From positions 76,641,316 to 76,705,315 of the forward strand of contig NC_057718.1 in the NCBI RefSeq assembly GCF_004010195.1: DNA of 64,000 nt. The letters are read 5' to 3'. The stretch comes from Chiloscyllium plagiosum (taxonomy: Eukaryota). Every line of letters starts with the position of its first letter. Position 1 is the first letter of the stretch. Below, piece by piece: positions 26,680-39,184 of this stretch. The position numbers were made by a program, and so were the translations under genes. Under the pieces are notes generated by a model that was not told where the DNA came from, ran no database searches, and worked only from the letters and a program-made list of their open reading frames with translations.

Positions 26680-27810
26680 TCACAATTGCTTTAAGTCCAA
26701 AGATAAAAGGGAGAGAGGAACTTGTTGAACTTAGAGCCCTAGTGAGCCAACTGATTGAACTGTGGGCTGACAAGTCTCTGGGTTCTAATGACTTCAGTCT
26801 AGAATCCTAAAAGATGTGGGTAGTAAAGTCATATAAATATCACTGATATTTTTCCAAAATATGCCTAATGCTGGAAAGCTTCTAACAGACTTAAAAATAA
26901 TTAATAAATATGTTCCCAAGATAACATAACAAAAATGCACTTGAATGTACATAGGTTGAGTGAATGAGCAAGAAGATTGGTGGATGGAGTGTAGTGAAAT
27001 GTGAAGTCGTTCAATTTTGTGGAAATAATATTAAATTGGACTATTACTTAAATGGACAATGAATGTAGGTTTCCAAGATATAGAGAGATTTTGTTCTATT
27101 ATATGAGTTACAAAAATGTTAATATGCAGGCACAGCAAGTAATTAAGAAGGCTAATGAAATGCTATCCTTTGGTATAACAGGAGGAATTGAAATGAAGGT
27201 AAGGATTTAGTGCTACGGTTACATAGGATGTTGGTGAGACCACATGATGAATACTGTGTGTTGTTTTGGTCTCCTTACTTAAGGAAAGATGTAAATGCAT
27301 TGGAGATGGTTCATACAAAGTATACTGTATTGAAAGCTTGAGATGAGTGGTTTGTCTTATGAGCAAAGGAAGGACAGACTGGATTTGATTCCACTGGAAT
27401 TAAATTGATTGATTGAATCAGAAGACTATTTGATTGATTTGATACAAAAGCCTGAATGGCTTTGACAAGATGAACAAGGAAAGGTTGTTTTTTCTTGTGA
27501 GTGAATCAAGAATTGGAGGGACACTGCTTAGAAATTAGGAAATTTCCTTTCAGGACTGAAGTGAGAATAACGTTATTCTCACAGATGATTGTGCAGCTTT
27601 AGAACTCTCTAGCTTCTGGAGGTAGGGCTCATTGAATACTTTTAAGGCTGAAATAGACAGATACTTATCAGGTAAGGGCATAGAGTTATAGAGATGTACA
27701 GCATCAAAAGTTATTAGCCAGAAATGTGAAATTCAAATGATCAAATCAGATATGATTGTACAGAAGAGCAGGCCCTGTTGGAGGGGCTGAATGGCATACT
27801 TCTGCTTCTA
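26680..27810 (+). mobile_element. Old CR1 LINE fragment
   Basis: Decayed RT and 3' region (ttttggtctccttacttaaggaaagatgt...). Confidence 0.75.
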
Positions 27811-27981
27811 TTTTGCATATTCAAAAAAGGACTGAACTCAGTGAAAAATGAGGGATACTGACCTTGATACTAAGTAGCATTTCACTGTGTAACATCAAGA
27901 AGCCAGAGATAAATGAGTCATTGGGAATTAGGGAGAAAACTGCCTGCTGTTTGAAGTAATAACTAGCAGTAAAGAAGGTGG

Positions 27982-28665
27982 AATGCAGGTTCATAGCTCC
28001 TTGAAAGTGCAGTGGCGGGTAGATAGGATATGAAGAAGATGTTTGATATGCTTTCCTTTATTGGTCAGAACATCAAGTATAGGAGTTGGGAAGTCATATT
28101 GTGGTTGTACAAGACATTGGTTAGGCCACTTTGGAATATTGTATGCAGTTCTAGTCTCCTTCCTATAGGAACGATGTTGTGAAACTTGAAAGGGCTCAGA
28201 AAAGATGTACAGGGATGTTGGCAGGGTTGGAAGATTTGAGCTATAGGGAAAGGCTGAATAGGCTGGGGCTAGTTTCCCTGGAGCATCTGAAGCTGAGGGT
28301 TGACCTTATAGAAATTTATAAAATCATGAGGGGAATGGATAGGGTAAATAGACAAGGTTGCTTTCCTAGTTGGGGTGTCCAGAACTAGAGGGCACAAGTT
28401 TAGAGTGAGACGGAAAGATTTAAAAGGGATGTAAAGGAGCAACTTTTTTCATGCGTGTATGGAATGAGCTGCCAGAGGAAGTGGCGGAGGCTGGTACAAT
28501 TACAACATTTAAAAGGCATCTGGATGGGTATATGATTCGATGTGTTTAGAGGAATATGGGCCAAGTGCTGCCAAATAGGACTAGATTAGTTTAGGATATC
28601 TGGCTAGCATGGATGAGTTGGACCAAAGGGTCTGTTTCCGTGCTGTCCATCTCTGACTCTATCAT
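27982..28665 (+). mobile_element. CR1 LINE 3' fragment
   Basis: KLERAQKRCTGMLAGLEDLSYRERLNRLGLVSLEHLKLRVDLIEIYKIMRG. Confidence 0.85.
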
Positions 28666-29555
28666 GTTGAAATGGCATAGAAATTTTGAAATTTAAATTG
28701 TTAAGAGACTATTGGTTTTTAGCCATGTTCTAGAAAGAATTGCATTTATTGATGGAGCTAAGGCACAGCAATTTTCCAGAACTGTATCTTCCTGACTCAC
28801 AAACCAGTGCGGCATTTCCTTCTCCAGTCGCAAAGATTGCATTCACCGGTGTTACAGATAGTGGTTCCGTCGAGTCCTCGAGAAAAGTGTAATGTGTCAG
28901 TATCAAGTGTCAACCATTTAACTAGAAGGCAGAGTATGTAATGTGAATTTTTGATCAAGTTTCAATCTTATTATTCCATTCAATCAGTTAAAATTTTCTG
29001 CATTAGTAGATTGTGATAACACAACTACTTTATTTAGCAATAAAAATGGCAATATCAGCTAAGGTTAGATAGTGCCTTGTAGCTTTTAATCTACAATTAA
29101 TATTTAATTACTAGACAGTTGAAACACAACTTTGCACATGCAGTTTATTTTTAATCATTGTTCCTCTATAACTGATATAAATCAGATTCTCTAAACTTCA
29201 CTGTTGTATCATATGGTTTGTTTAGCTATTAATTTGCTCAATCATGGTCTGATCTCCACAGAGAATGCCTTAATCCTCATACGATCAATATTGTCTCTCA
29301 CTCTGGCTATTCTCTTGTTAGGGCCACATCTCCATTCCCAAAGTCCAGTAGAAACTCTATGAATGAACATAGCAAATAACTGTCAGCTATTAACTGCTAG
29401 ATTGGCTAGACAATAAAAGACACTATTGAGTCTTGATCTCATTTTTTAAAAGGATCATCCTGGAATGCAAGAATAGTCTAAAAATAACTACTGAGCACAT
29501 GACTAAGGAGCTGTTGCAGTGACATCAGATCATATTTAACTGGAGCCTAAGCCTT

Positions 29556-29848
29556 GGAATCACAGAACCCTTACAGCGAGGAAACAGGCCACTATGACCA
29601 ACAAGTCCACACCGACCCATTCTCTTATCCTATTGTGCTACATTTCCCCTGACTAACACACCTAACCTACACATCCCTGAACACTATTTAGCATGATCAA
29701 GTCATCTAACCTGTATATCTTTGGACTGTGGGAGGAAACCCACACAAACACAGGGAGAAACTCCACACAGTCGCCCAAGGCTGGAATCGAACCTGGGTCC
29801 TTGACTCTGTGAGGCAGTAGTGCTAACCACTGAGCCACCATGCCACCC
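29556..29848 (-). mobile_element. tRNA-derived SINE (HE1/V-SINE-like)
   Basis: Reverse-complement SINE head tgctaaccactgagccaccatgcc. Confidence 0.85.
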
Positions 29849-30293
29849 CTTCTAGGGTTCCAGGAGTTATCTTCTCTCACAAACCACTGTAAATAATTGT
29901 TTAATGAAGCTTATTTATATTTACTAGTTACTAGCTTTACTAGTTACTAGCTTCTTGTAGCATTGCCAATTCACACAAATTATGTGAGATCTGTGCCTTG
30001 CTAATTTTATCAAGGTATATTAAATGAAGGTGAAGATTAGGAACTGAATAGTAAAACTGATATTTTGTCCCATATTTAATAGGTTGTATCTGATCCTGTT
30101 TTGAACACTGGAGGATGCTCATTTTCATGCAATAACATGAGACATTATTTCTGAGGATACTTAATCACAAAAAATGGACTCACCTTTACAGAAAATGTTC
30201 AGTTCTATAAGGCAATATAATCAATCAAAATTTTCTTTCATAAACTAATACTGGGAGAATGTGCAAACAGTCTTTTTCTCTGTCTTTTTCTAG

Positions 30294-30500
30294 GCAGCAC
30301 AGGAGGGGTCAGCACAACGACCCACACCCACACGCATCCCCATGTCAAAAGGTATGAAAGCAGGAAAACCAGTAGTGCCAGCTGTTGGAACAGGAGGTGT
30401 GGCAAAATATGAATCTCGTACTGAAAGCCAGTCAATGAGAATTGAACTGAAGAAGTCTCCTGTCAGCAGTCCGATCTCTCAGGCTGGGGGGAAGAGCTGA
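30294..30500 (+). CDS. FILIP1: FILIP1 terminal coding exon (AAQEGSAQRPTPTRIPMSKGMKAGKPVV...SQSMRIELKKSPVSSPISQAGGKS*)
   Basis: tctttttctctgtctttttctag acceptor ends at 30293. Phase 0 matches the upstream donor. 68 codons plus TGA at 30498-30500. Matches the recalled FILIP1 C-terminus (QRPTPTRIPMSKGMKAGKPVV...QSMKIELKKS). Not in the ORF track because it lacks a suitable start. Confidence 0.93.
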   Translation, partial: AAQEGSAQRPTPTRIPMSKGMKAGKPVVPAVGTGGVAKYESRTESQSMRIELKKSPVSSPISQAGGKS

Positions 30501-31650
30501 GGATAGACATCATGGGGTAGGTGGACGTGTTACTGTTACCATAGAGATCACCCAATCTGCTGCAAACTTCCATATCCCATACTCACACAATGAATGAACT
30601 CTTCCTATGTCTTATAATATATTAACAGTATTCATTTTTTTAAACTGGTCATTAAAATTACCAACATCTTAGCACTGATAACTGTTGTATCACAAAAGTA
30701 AGATTCATCTGAGTATATGTACACTTGTGAAGACAAGTTAACTATTTAACAAAGTTAAATTGTTAGTTTAACATATTGTGTAGGCATTGGCATAAAAAGC
30801 AACATTCTCCTATGTGTACAGACAGGGAAAGGTTCCAGTCACTTAGTTTTGATTTCAAATGAAGCTTGTATAATAACATATCTATTAGTTTAGATAAAAT
30901 AGTTTCATGTCTCTTCTTTAAAAATAATATGAAAAAGTAGTTTAAGAATTTGCAAGCTGAATAACTGTCTGCCATGCTTGACATGAACATTGGCCATCTT
31001 TAAATTAGCTGATGTATGGCTATTGTTCTTGTCAGTGGAGGATTTTATCATTTCCTGCAACACATAAAAGGCTGCTGGCACAAAGGGAGAGCTGACCACA
31101 CTCACCAAATGGGAGTATCCTATTTGATATAGATCTGAGGTTGAGTTAGAGTTCCGCTCTTGAATCAGGTTTGAACACTGCTCTTTCCTGGTTCACAGGT
31201 GGGGAGGCAACGGCCAAGTCAAAGACTTGTCCTGGTTAGATAAACTGCGCATAGCAAATTAATTCAAACAAGTAGGGTCAGTAAGGTAAGAGGCCAGTTC
31301 AAATTAGTGAAATGATATATTTAAAATTGATTTCAGAAAACATTATTCCCACAAACATTTTCAGATGAGTTAGTGTTGTCAGAGATAGTAGATGAACATA
31401 AATTTAGGTTCAGCTTTGCGCGCTTTCTAACCTGTAAATTTCTAGTTAATGTGAAATATTCACGAATCTACATGACATCCTGCAGTCATAACATGGGTAG
31501 ACATTAATAAAGAAGAATTCACAAAATATTGCTAATTTCTAATAGTTTTACTGCTTTATTACACATATGGTATGTTCTTTCAGTTTGATGTTACAATTTT
31601 AAGATTTTCTCTGATGACAAATAATAAAATATTGCTCTTGTAAACTGTTA
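30501..31650 (+). other. FILIP1: Probable FILIP1 3' UTR with candidate polyadenylation signals
   Basis: AT-rich, largely repeat-free sequence after the stop. AATAAA at 31506-31511 and 31623-31628, ATTAAA at about 30651. The true end is uncertain. Confidence 0.5.
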
Positions 31651-32589
31651 ACTATCTTCCATATAAAGTTATTGTCAACAGTAATTAATGATATTGCTTG
31701 CGATTGAGCGTGTTAAGCACGTGTACTATGTGTACACCCTATCCTATTACTTTTGGCGTATTGAATGTTATAGTGGTGTCGGTGGCTCTTTTATTCAAAC
31801 AGGGCTGTTATGTCACATCTTGGAACTTCCTTCATGAAGGCAGCTATATAAGCTGAGATATTCTGATGGCCAGATAGTTGTAGGAGCAGTGGACACTAAC
31901 GTTGTGCATCAGGACAATGCAGAATTCCCGAGTCTATTGGAATTGCCTAGGAAGTGGAAACTTGTAATAGGCAATTTCCCTGCATCCAGAAGCTATTGAA
32001 AAAGCCCCATAAATTTGGAGAATTCAGAGGGTTCTAGTGGCTGTAAGCATAATAGTTATGTAAGAAAAGTTAGAGGATTAAATCACCACTGACATCCCAT
32101 CCAACTACAACCCCCATTCCCTGACATCACTCTGTCTCCAGCCTCTCTGACTGGACAGCCATCTTCCTCAGTCTAACTTAATTTCCTCCCTTATCTCTGG
32201 ACCTGACCCAACACTGACCATCACCTTCCCAAATTCCATGTAACATCCCTAATCCAATGCCACCCCTCACGAAACCCCTTCCCCAACATCCATCCTCTAC
32301 TTAACCTGACATGTCCAGACCCTCCCAAGTGCTCATCAACTTACCTGGATCCAGTCCAACTCACCCACTTAGCACCCTACTACCTAACCCAACGAAACCA
32401 TTACCACCCCCTACTCACATTACATACTAACTCTTTCAAGGTAGCTATCAAAGTGTCTGCTATCAAAGTGTGTACTGGACATTTAAACCACATAATACAC
32501 AGAATCAGTATTTTAAAAGGGGTCACGGTTTGTGCAAAGATTTTCTTGGCTGCTGGAATCAGAGATTCCTGAACAGATTTATAACAGCA

Positions 32590-33148
32590 GTACCGCAGAA
32601 GATAGAACAGGCCCTTCAGCCCACCATGTCTGTGCTGACCATGATGCCATTCTAAACTAATCCCACTTATATCACATCTACCTGCTTATGGTCCAAATCC
32701 CTCCATTCCCTCTCTATTCATGTGTCTATCTAAATATTTTTAAAACATTGCTATCGTCTTTGCTTCTACCACCATCCCTGGCAGCATGTTCCAGATGCCT
32801 ACCACCCTCAATGCAAAAACATTTCCTTGCACATCTCCTTTAAATATTTCCACTATATGACCCTCATATTTGACATTTCCACCCTGAGAAAAAGATTCCG
32901 ACTATTCACCCTATCTATGCTTCTCATAATTTTATATACTATCAGGTCGCACCTCAGCTTCCGATACTCTAGTGAAAATAGTCCAAATTTGTCCAACCAC
33001 TCCTTGTAGCTAAAACACTCCAATCAAGGCAACCTCCAGGTAAACCTCTTTTGTACCCTCTCCAAAGCCTTCACATCCCTTCCATAATGAGGTGACCAGA
33101 ACTGTACACAATACTCCATTATGTGGCCTAACTAAAGTTTTATATAGG
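32590..33148 (-). mobile_element. CR1 LINE 3' fragment
   Basis: Reverse-complement CR1 3' region (aggcccttcagccc...ccagaactgtacacaatactcc). Confidence 0.8.
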
Positions 33149-33529
33149 GACCTCCGAGCCAGTCATCATTAAGTGGGTAGTTTTTAATCTGATCAGAATA
33201 TTTGGAACTATGTTTTTAGGAATGTATTTAGCAAAACTGGAGTGGCTGTATGCAGGTTATGGTCACAATCTCACATTATGAAGGACCCAAACATGGCAGT
33301 TTGCTGGTTTATTTAGCATAGATTAACAGAAACAGTGACATCAGGTTTCCCAGTTTCAATCGGTCTCTACAGGAAACTTTATGTGTACTTACATGTCTGG
33401 TAAGAACACATTTGTGCTCACCTCTAGGTTTTCTCCTTATCATTTCTGTCTGACTTCCTAGTGAGGTATATTTACTTTATCTGCAAATCTTGGCAGGTTA
33501 TTCCTCAAGCATGCAGCAGTTTTTAGGTC

Positions 33530-34478
33530 TTTAATTAGTAAGGTATTTTTTTGAAAAGGCAGAACTTGAAAAGAAAAACAGGCACAGCATTGGAAAGAAA
33601 GCCCCTCCAACAAAATCACTGGGACCAATATAGGTCACTGAACACAGAGGTGAGGGGTGAAGGGACTTGTGTGAGTGTTGGATGACCTCAACCTGACAGA
33701 AGGTAAAATGTGGGAAAATTGCAAAATTGTGGACCGAAATTGTCAAATCATAGAGGTAGAGTAAGGCTTTCAACTGCAGGTGAGCTGAGGCAGGGGCAGA
33801 ATTGGACATTATTAAGGAAGTGGGCAGCATTAGCAATGGTGTGAATATGTGATTGGAACCTTACCTTGGGGTCAGAATGACACCAACAGTTGCGAGCACT
33901 TTGGTTCGGCCTCAGAAGGTTCTTATGAAGACAGATGGAGTCAGTATGTGAGTTAGCTCACTGAGCGGGAAGATTTGTTTTCAGGGGTTTCATCACCATA
34001 CTAGTAACATCATCAGTGAGAGTCAGTGGCTAGGGATCAGAATTTTGCCAAATGTTGATGAACAACAGCTGGCAAAGAGATGGGTAACATCGATGTACAT
34101 GTGCAAATTGACTTCTGAAATTTTGCATGATTTTGCTAAGGGGCAGCACGAAGATGAGACTTAGGGGTCAAGGAAAGATCTTTGAAGGTTTCAAGAGGTA
34201 ATTCTGAGGGAGCAGGAAGAGAAGTCATTGCAGGTGATTCTCTGACTATGACCGGTTGTGTAAAAATAGGATCAAGTGAGAGCAGATGTCATCCGGTGGG
34301 TTGACAATCAAAGACTTTAGAGGATGATGGCGTGGCTAACCAGTCAAAAGCTGGTAGGTCAAGAAGGAGATTTCATTTGTGACTTTGAGAGCAATTCAAT
34401 ATTGTGACAAGGTTAGAAAGCTGATTGGAGGAATTCAAACTTGGGATCCTGGGAAAAATAGGCGCAGCTTTGGGAGAT
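33530..34478 (-). mobile_element. L2-like LINE fragment
   Basis: Decayed L2-type RT C-terminal region, interrupted by a short insert at 33946-34019 and a SINE at 34479. Confidence 0.55.
33946..34019 (-). mobile_element. Short Penelope (Poseidon-like) terminal-repeat fragment with degenerate hammerhead motif
   Basis: - strand reads CTGATGA-T-GTTAC-TAGTATG-GTGAT-GAAAC. Flanked by GAGTCAGT at 33938-33945 and 34020-34027. Similar to the ends of 47615-48933. Confidence 0.6.
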
Positions 34479-34793
34479 GGCAACACGGTGGCACAGTGGT
34501 TAGCACTGCTGCCTCGCAGCGCCAGAGACCCGGGTTCAATTCCCGACTCAGGCGACTGACTGTGTGGAGTTTGCACGTTCTCCCCGTGTCTGCGTGGGTT
34601 TCCTCCGGGTGCTCCGGTTTCCTCCCACAGTCCAAAAGATGTGCAGGTCAGGTGAATTGGCCATGCTAAATTGCCCGTAGTGTTAGGTATAGGGGTAAAT
34701 GTAGGGGTATGGGTGGGTTGCGCTTCGGCGGGTCGGTGTGGACTTGTTGGGCCGAAGGGCCTGTTTCCATACTGTAATGTAATCTAATCTAAT
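34479..34793 (+). mobile_element. Young full-length tRNA-derived SINE (HE1/V-SINE-like)
   Basis: A box TGGCACAGTGG 34489-34499, B box GGTTCAATTCC 34533-34543, CpGs retained, (aatct)n tail. Confidence 0.9.
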
Positions 34794-37487
34794 ACATCCA
34801 AGGGAGATTAGAGATGGAATTGTGTAAGAACAGAGGAATTGAGAGATATATTTGAGGAGAAATGTAGTGATGGTGATATGAAGGAGGAGACTCAGTATCT
34901 GATGAGAGAGAACTGCTTACCATATCAGCAACAATTCTTCCTTTGTTGACTTGAAAACTAAGTTGACTACCATGTCACCCACTTACCCCTATCAGCTGCC
35001 CGTGTCAAAAGGACCTTGAAATACCTCCTTAAAACCTATATCTTCAGTCGTCTACTTAACTGATCTTCCTATCCTTACTAGTTCTTAATGCTGAATCACA
35101 TCTGTTTCATGGTACTGTACATTAAAGGTTCTGTCTGCATGTAAGATGTTTATATCTTAATAAATAGTACACAATAGATTGATTTTGTACTGAAGTAAGC
35201 AGTAAGGAATATGCCATCAAGTTTAAAGATAATAATGACTCTGAAGAACTACTTCAGAATATATTTAAGTGGGAGTCAAATGTGAGGTGCACTGTTCCGC
35301 AACAAAGGATTTGTCTCAGGCTCCCACCTGATCAAACCCCTATGCTGATGACTTTTACAAGGCTTTTTAATGCTTCCATCGAGCTTTTGGGGAGGAAGTC
35401 TACCAGGGGAATAGAACTTGATATTCTTCAATTAAAATGACTTGAAAGGCCAAAGCTAATGATTAATGAAGATGGTCTTTGAATCTGTTTCTATTCAATA
35501 ACATACTACTCCAAGCAAGGTTGACTTATGTCCCTTAAGAGACTATTACAGTTGAACTGGAAGACATTTATTGTTCATGCTGTATTATTTGATTTACTGG
35601 TTCTTGTGCTTTCTACTGCTTAACATAGGGAATGAGGTCCCTTGTGAAGCCTTGCAAACATGCTGGTAGTTAAGGAACAAAAGTGAATTGAGATAGGATG
35701 TTAGGGCTGGTTTAATATGAGGTAAGTAAGAGAGTAAATTTACTAATTTCCAGTATAGATTCTGGTAGCTCTTTCTTTGAGTTAATTTCTTCAATATTTC
35801 TGCTTCAGATATCAGCGCCTACAGCACCTTACAGAGGACATGTTGCATTTTGAGAGCTATTTGATTTCAGGAGATGTTTGTTAGGTGATCAATTTGTTTC
35901 CATTTGTGCACACCAAAGTAATTAAATATTCTTCCCAATCAGAATAAATAATTACTGCAGGTGGGGATTTTTTTTCACAAGTTATCTTTTTTCTCAATAT
36001 TTCAAGTCTATGTTTAAAAAGCAAATCATTTCAGAAGTTTCCTAATCGGAATTTCTTAACTAAAACAATTTTTCCCTCTTACGCATTCCACAAAACATCT
36101 TTGCTACAATGGTCTCTGACTCTCCCTTTCTACATTAATAATCTAATTAGAAATCTATGACTTTTCATTCAGCTTGTTTAATCTTAGTTGATTTGATTTC
36201 CTTGTGCACATTGGCCTTGGCAGAAATGACAATATCTGCTAACATGCAAGGATACTAAGTGATACTTGGACAGAAGGTGGGATGAACAAAAGACTAGATA
36301 AAGTTTACATTGATGTATTTGATATGGTGTGATCTTCTACACCTTTAAAGAAGGCAATTGGTATTAATCTGGGTAAAGTGTTGCAGGAGCAGAATTGAGA
36401 TGATCCACTTTTGTACTAATGGTGCGGGATGAAAAATCTCAACAACTGCCGCTAAGTTAAACAGGTACTGTACAACAGTATGCATATTTATCACTTTATC
36501 TCTCAATTCATCCCAAACTTTGATGTTATATCCTATTGCCTTTTATAGTGAATCTACATTGGCTACCAAACCCTCTCAGTATCTTTAAATCCTTTTGTGG
36601 CCCAATCTTCTGGTCTACAGATAGTCGGGGACAGGATATACCTCAAAAGATAACCGCAGGGCCATCTTGGAAATCTTGACATACTGACTCAACAGGAACG
36701 TCCCGGAAGTTTTAAACTATTGATGGGAAATTCCTCAGCTCCTTTGAACCCAGCACAAATGTGAATCAGAGGCATGGAAGAGAGCCGATTTACTTACCTC
36801 GTTAGTTGCTCAGGAGATGTTAGTCAGATTAAAACCATGTTTAACTCTTTGTTAAATAATTAACACAATAACCCTCTGAATGGCCCCAACACTCTGACTC
36901 CAACATTTGTGATCCAAAACCCCTGCCCCTCCAACAACCTCGCCCAACTCCCCTCCTGACCCTTTGATTCCACACCCCCACCACAATGTTCCATCTCATT
37001 CCCTGATCCTCTATCACCTCGACATTACAAAACATAGCCCCAACTCTTGACTTCTCCCTGACATAATCTTTCCAATCTGCCACCTACCCAGCAATCTGCC
37101 ACCCATCCTGCGATATATGCAATCCACCACACAAAAAGTCTAATTAAATATTCCAAGCTGCCCAATATGCTAGTGAATGAGGTTTTATCAGAAAATGCTG
37201 TAAAAAGGAGATGGTGCCCATCATCCCCTGCAATGCCTGGCTGGAAATCTAAGAAGTCCTCTGAATGATTGCGCTGCATTTCTGAACAGGTCAGATTCAG
37301 AACTCCCAGGCACAAAAGTGGAATTTTGTTGTCTGGTTTAAAGAATGTTGGAATGGACTGTAATCCAACAGATATGGCTAGTGCTTAGAAGATTTAGCTC
37401 TCAGATCTCTTCTGGTTCTACAAATGTCCCAGAACATTTTGTTCTTCTGGTCTCTTGCAATTGCACCCCATCTTCCCACCACTTTTG

Positions 37488-37840
37488 TTAGAACATAAGA
37501 AAAAGGAGCAGCAGTAGGACATTTGGCCTGTCGAGCTTGCTCTGCCATTCAATAAGATCTTGGCTGGTCTTTTTGTGGACTCAGCTCCACTTACCCACCT
37601 GCTCACCCTACCCCTTAATTTCTTCAAAGATATGTCCATCTTTGTCTTAAAAACATTCAACGAGGTAGCCTCAACTGCTTCACTGGGCAGGGAATTACAC
37701 AGATTTATAATCCTTTCGGTGAATAAGTGCTTCCTCAACTCTGTCCTAAGTCTGCTTCCCCTTATTTTGAGGCTATGTCCCCTTGTTCTAGTTTCACCTG
37801 CCAGTGGAAACAACCTCCCTGCTTCTACCCCATCTATTGC
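37488..37840 (-). mobile_element. CR1 LINE 3' end
   Basis: LFPLAGETRTRGHSLKIRGSRLRTELRKHLFTERIINL.NSLP. Confidence 0.85.
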
Positions 37841-38138
37841 CATGCCAACAGCCATCCTGAACACATATTTTAGCAGTTCCTCTCTCCCACCTTACCTCCC
37901 ATTTACCCAAGCGTCACCTTACTTTGGTATCTGTCTCTTGTAAAGCATATATTTTTCTACATTAGAAGAGCTATATAAACAAGAATAAAGCACTCAATTT
38001 GACCAAAGATAGGTGGGCTACTACTGCTCCCTCTGCCTCAATCCCAGTCATTTGTCACTCGTGCCTTTTGTCCCTCTCCTCTCCCCATCATCATCTAGCC
38101 AGCCATCCAGCTCCTGGTAAGGCTATAAAATGCTTGAT

Positions 38139-38553
38139 TCTGGATTAGTGGTGCTGGAAGAGCACAGCAGTTCAGGCAGCATCTGAGGAGCAGTAAAATC
38201 GACGTTTCAGGCAAAAGCCCTTCATCAGGAATAAAGACAGAGAGCCTGAAGCGTGGAGAGATAAGCTAGATCAGGAATAAAGGCAGAGAGTGTAATAGTG
38301 AAACCCAGCAGGGTTGACACTAAAATGAGGTAATGGAGCCTCGCCCCCTCCCCACCAAAAATTGCTGAATTTCTCCAAGCACTTTCTGGCTTTTGCCCGA
38401 AACGTTGATTTTACTGCTCCTCAGATGCTGCCTGAAGGGCTTTTGTCCAAAACATCGATTTTACTGCTCCTCAGATGCTGCCTGAACTGCTGTGCTCTTC
38501 CAGCACCACTAATCCAGAATCTGGTTTCCAGCATCTGCAGTCATTGTTTTTAC
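38139..38553. mobile_element. Penelope-like terminal-repeat cassette (family B), inverted arms with tandem partial copies
   Basis: Imperfect TSD ctat(a/g)aaatgcttgat at 38123-38138 and 38554-38569. - strand motif CTGATGA-A-GGGC-TTTT-GCCT-GAAACGTC at 38201-38228. Confidence 0.8.
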
Positions 38554-39115
38554 CTATGAAATGCTTGATCCAGGTTTGAGAACTAGCGGAAGGTAGCAGC
38601 TTGAGAAACCCAGTTTCATGAAAGGAACATTTAGGTAATTCCCAACAAAGCCAGGTTATTATTTGGTGCTGATTATTGGCTCAAGCACAAGCTGAAGTTT
38701 AATCAAATACGGTTTGCTTGGATCCTGGGTATAGAAGGCAAAATTACTCTTTGACTGAGGCTGCACAAGATGTTTTTGTTGATGAGGTAATGGAATTGAA
38801 ACAGTCTGGAATTATTTTGAAGTCAGATTCTGTTTTTTATGTTTCTTTAGCAGTTTGTTACAAAGCTGCACAGTATTTCAGCTTTCAGGTCAGCAAAATG
38901 TTGCACAAAAAGTAGTAAATTTATGCAGATACTCAAACTAGATTTTTCTTAATATCACAAGACACCTTCATTGTAGCCGACCGATTTACATGCTACTTTG
39001 CTCAAAGAATAGTAATAATGGGGCTAATTGGTGCTGCTTTGATCCTTAGTCCACGCTGTGTTGGCTGATGCCATTTAGGTGGATGGAAACATCAATTGAA
39101 GTTCCCATTCCTAAT

Positions 39116-39136
39116 TGTGTGTGTGTGTGTGTGTGT
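39116..39136. repeat. (TG)n microsatellite
   Basis: Direct reading. Confidence 0.9.
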
Positions 39137-39184
39137 ATATACACTTTCTGTGTGTCTGTGTGCATGTGCACGTATGGGCACGCA

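Noticed and set aside
34479..34560. tRNA gene
   Set aside because: A and B boxes are followed by SINE core and tail, with multiple dispersed copies and no full cloverleaf.
31890..37330. C-rich non-coding tracts at about 32090-32430 and 36880-37130 as novel elements
   Set aside because: Probably decayed non-autonomous transposons. I could not define termini or any coding signal.
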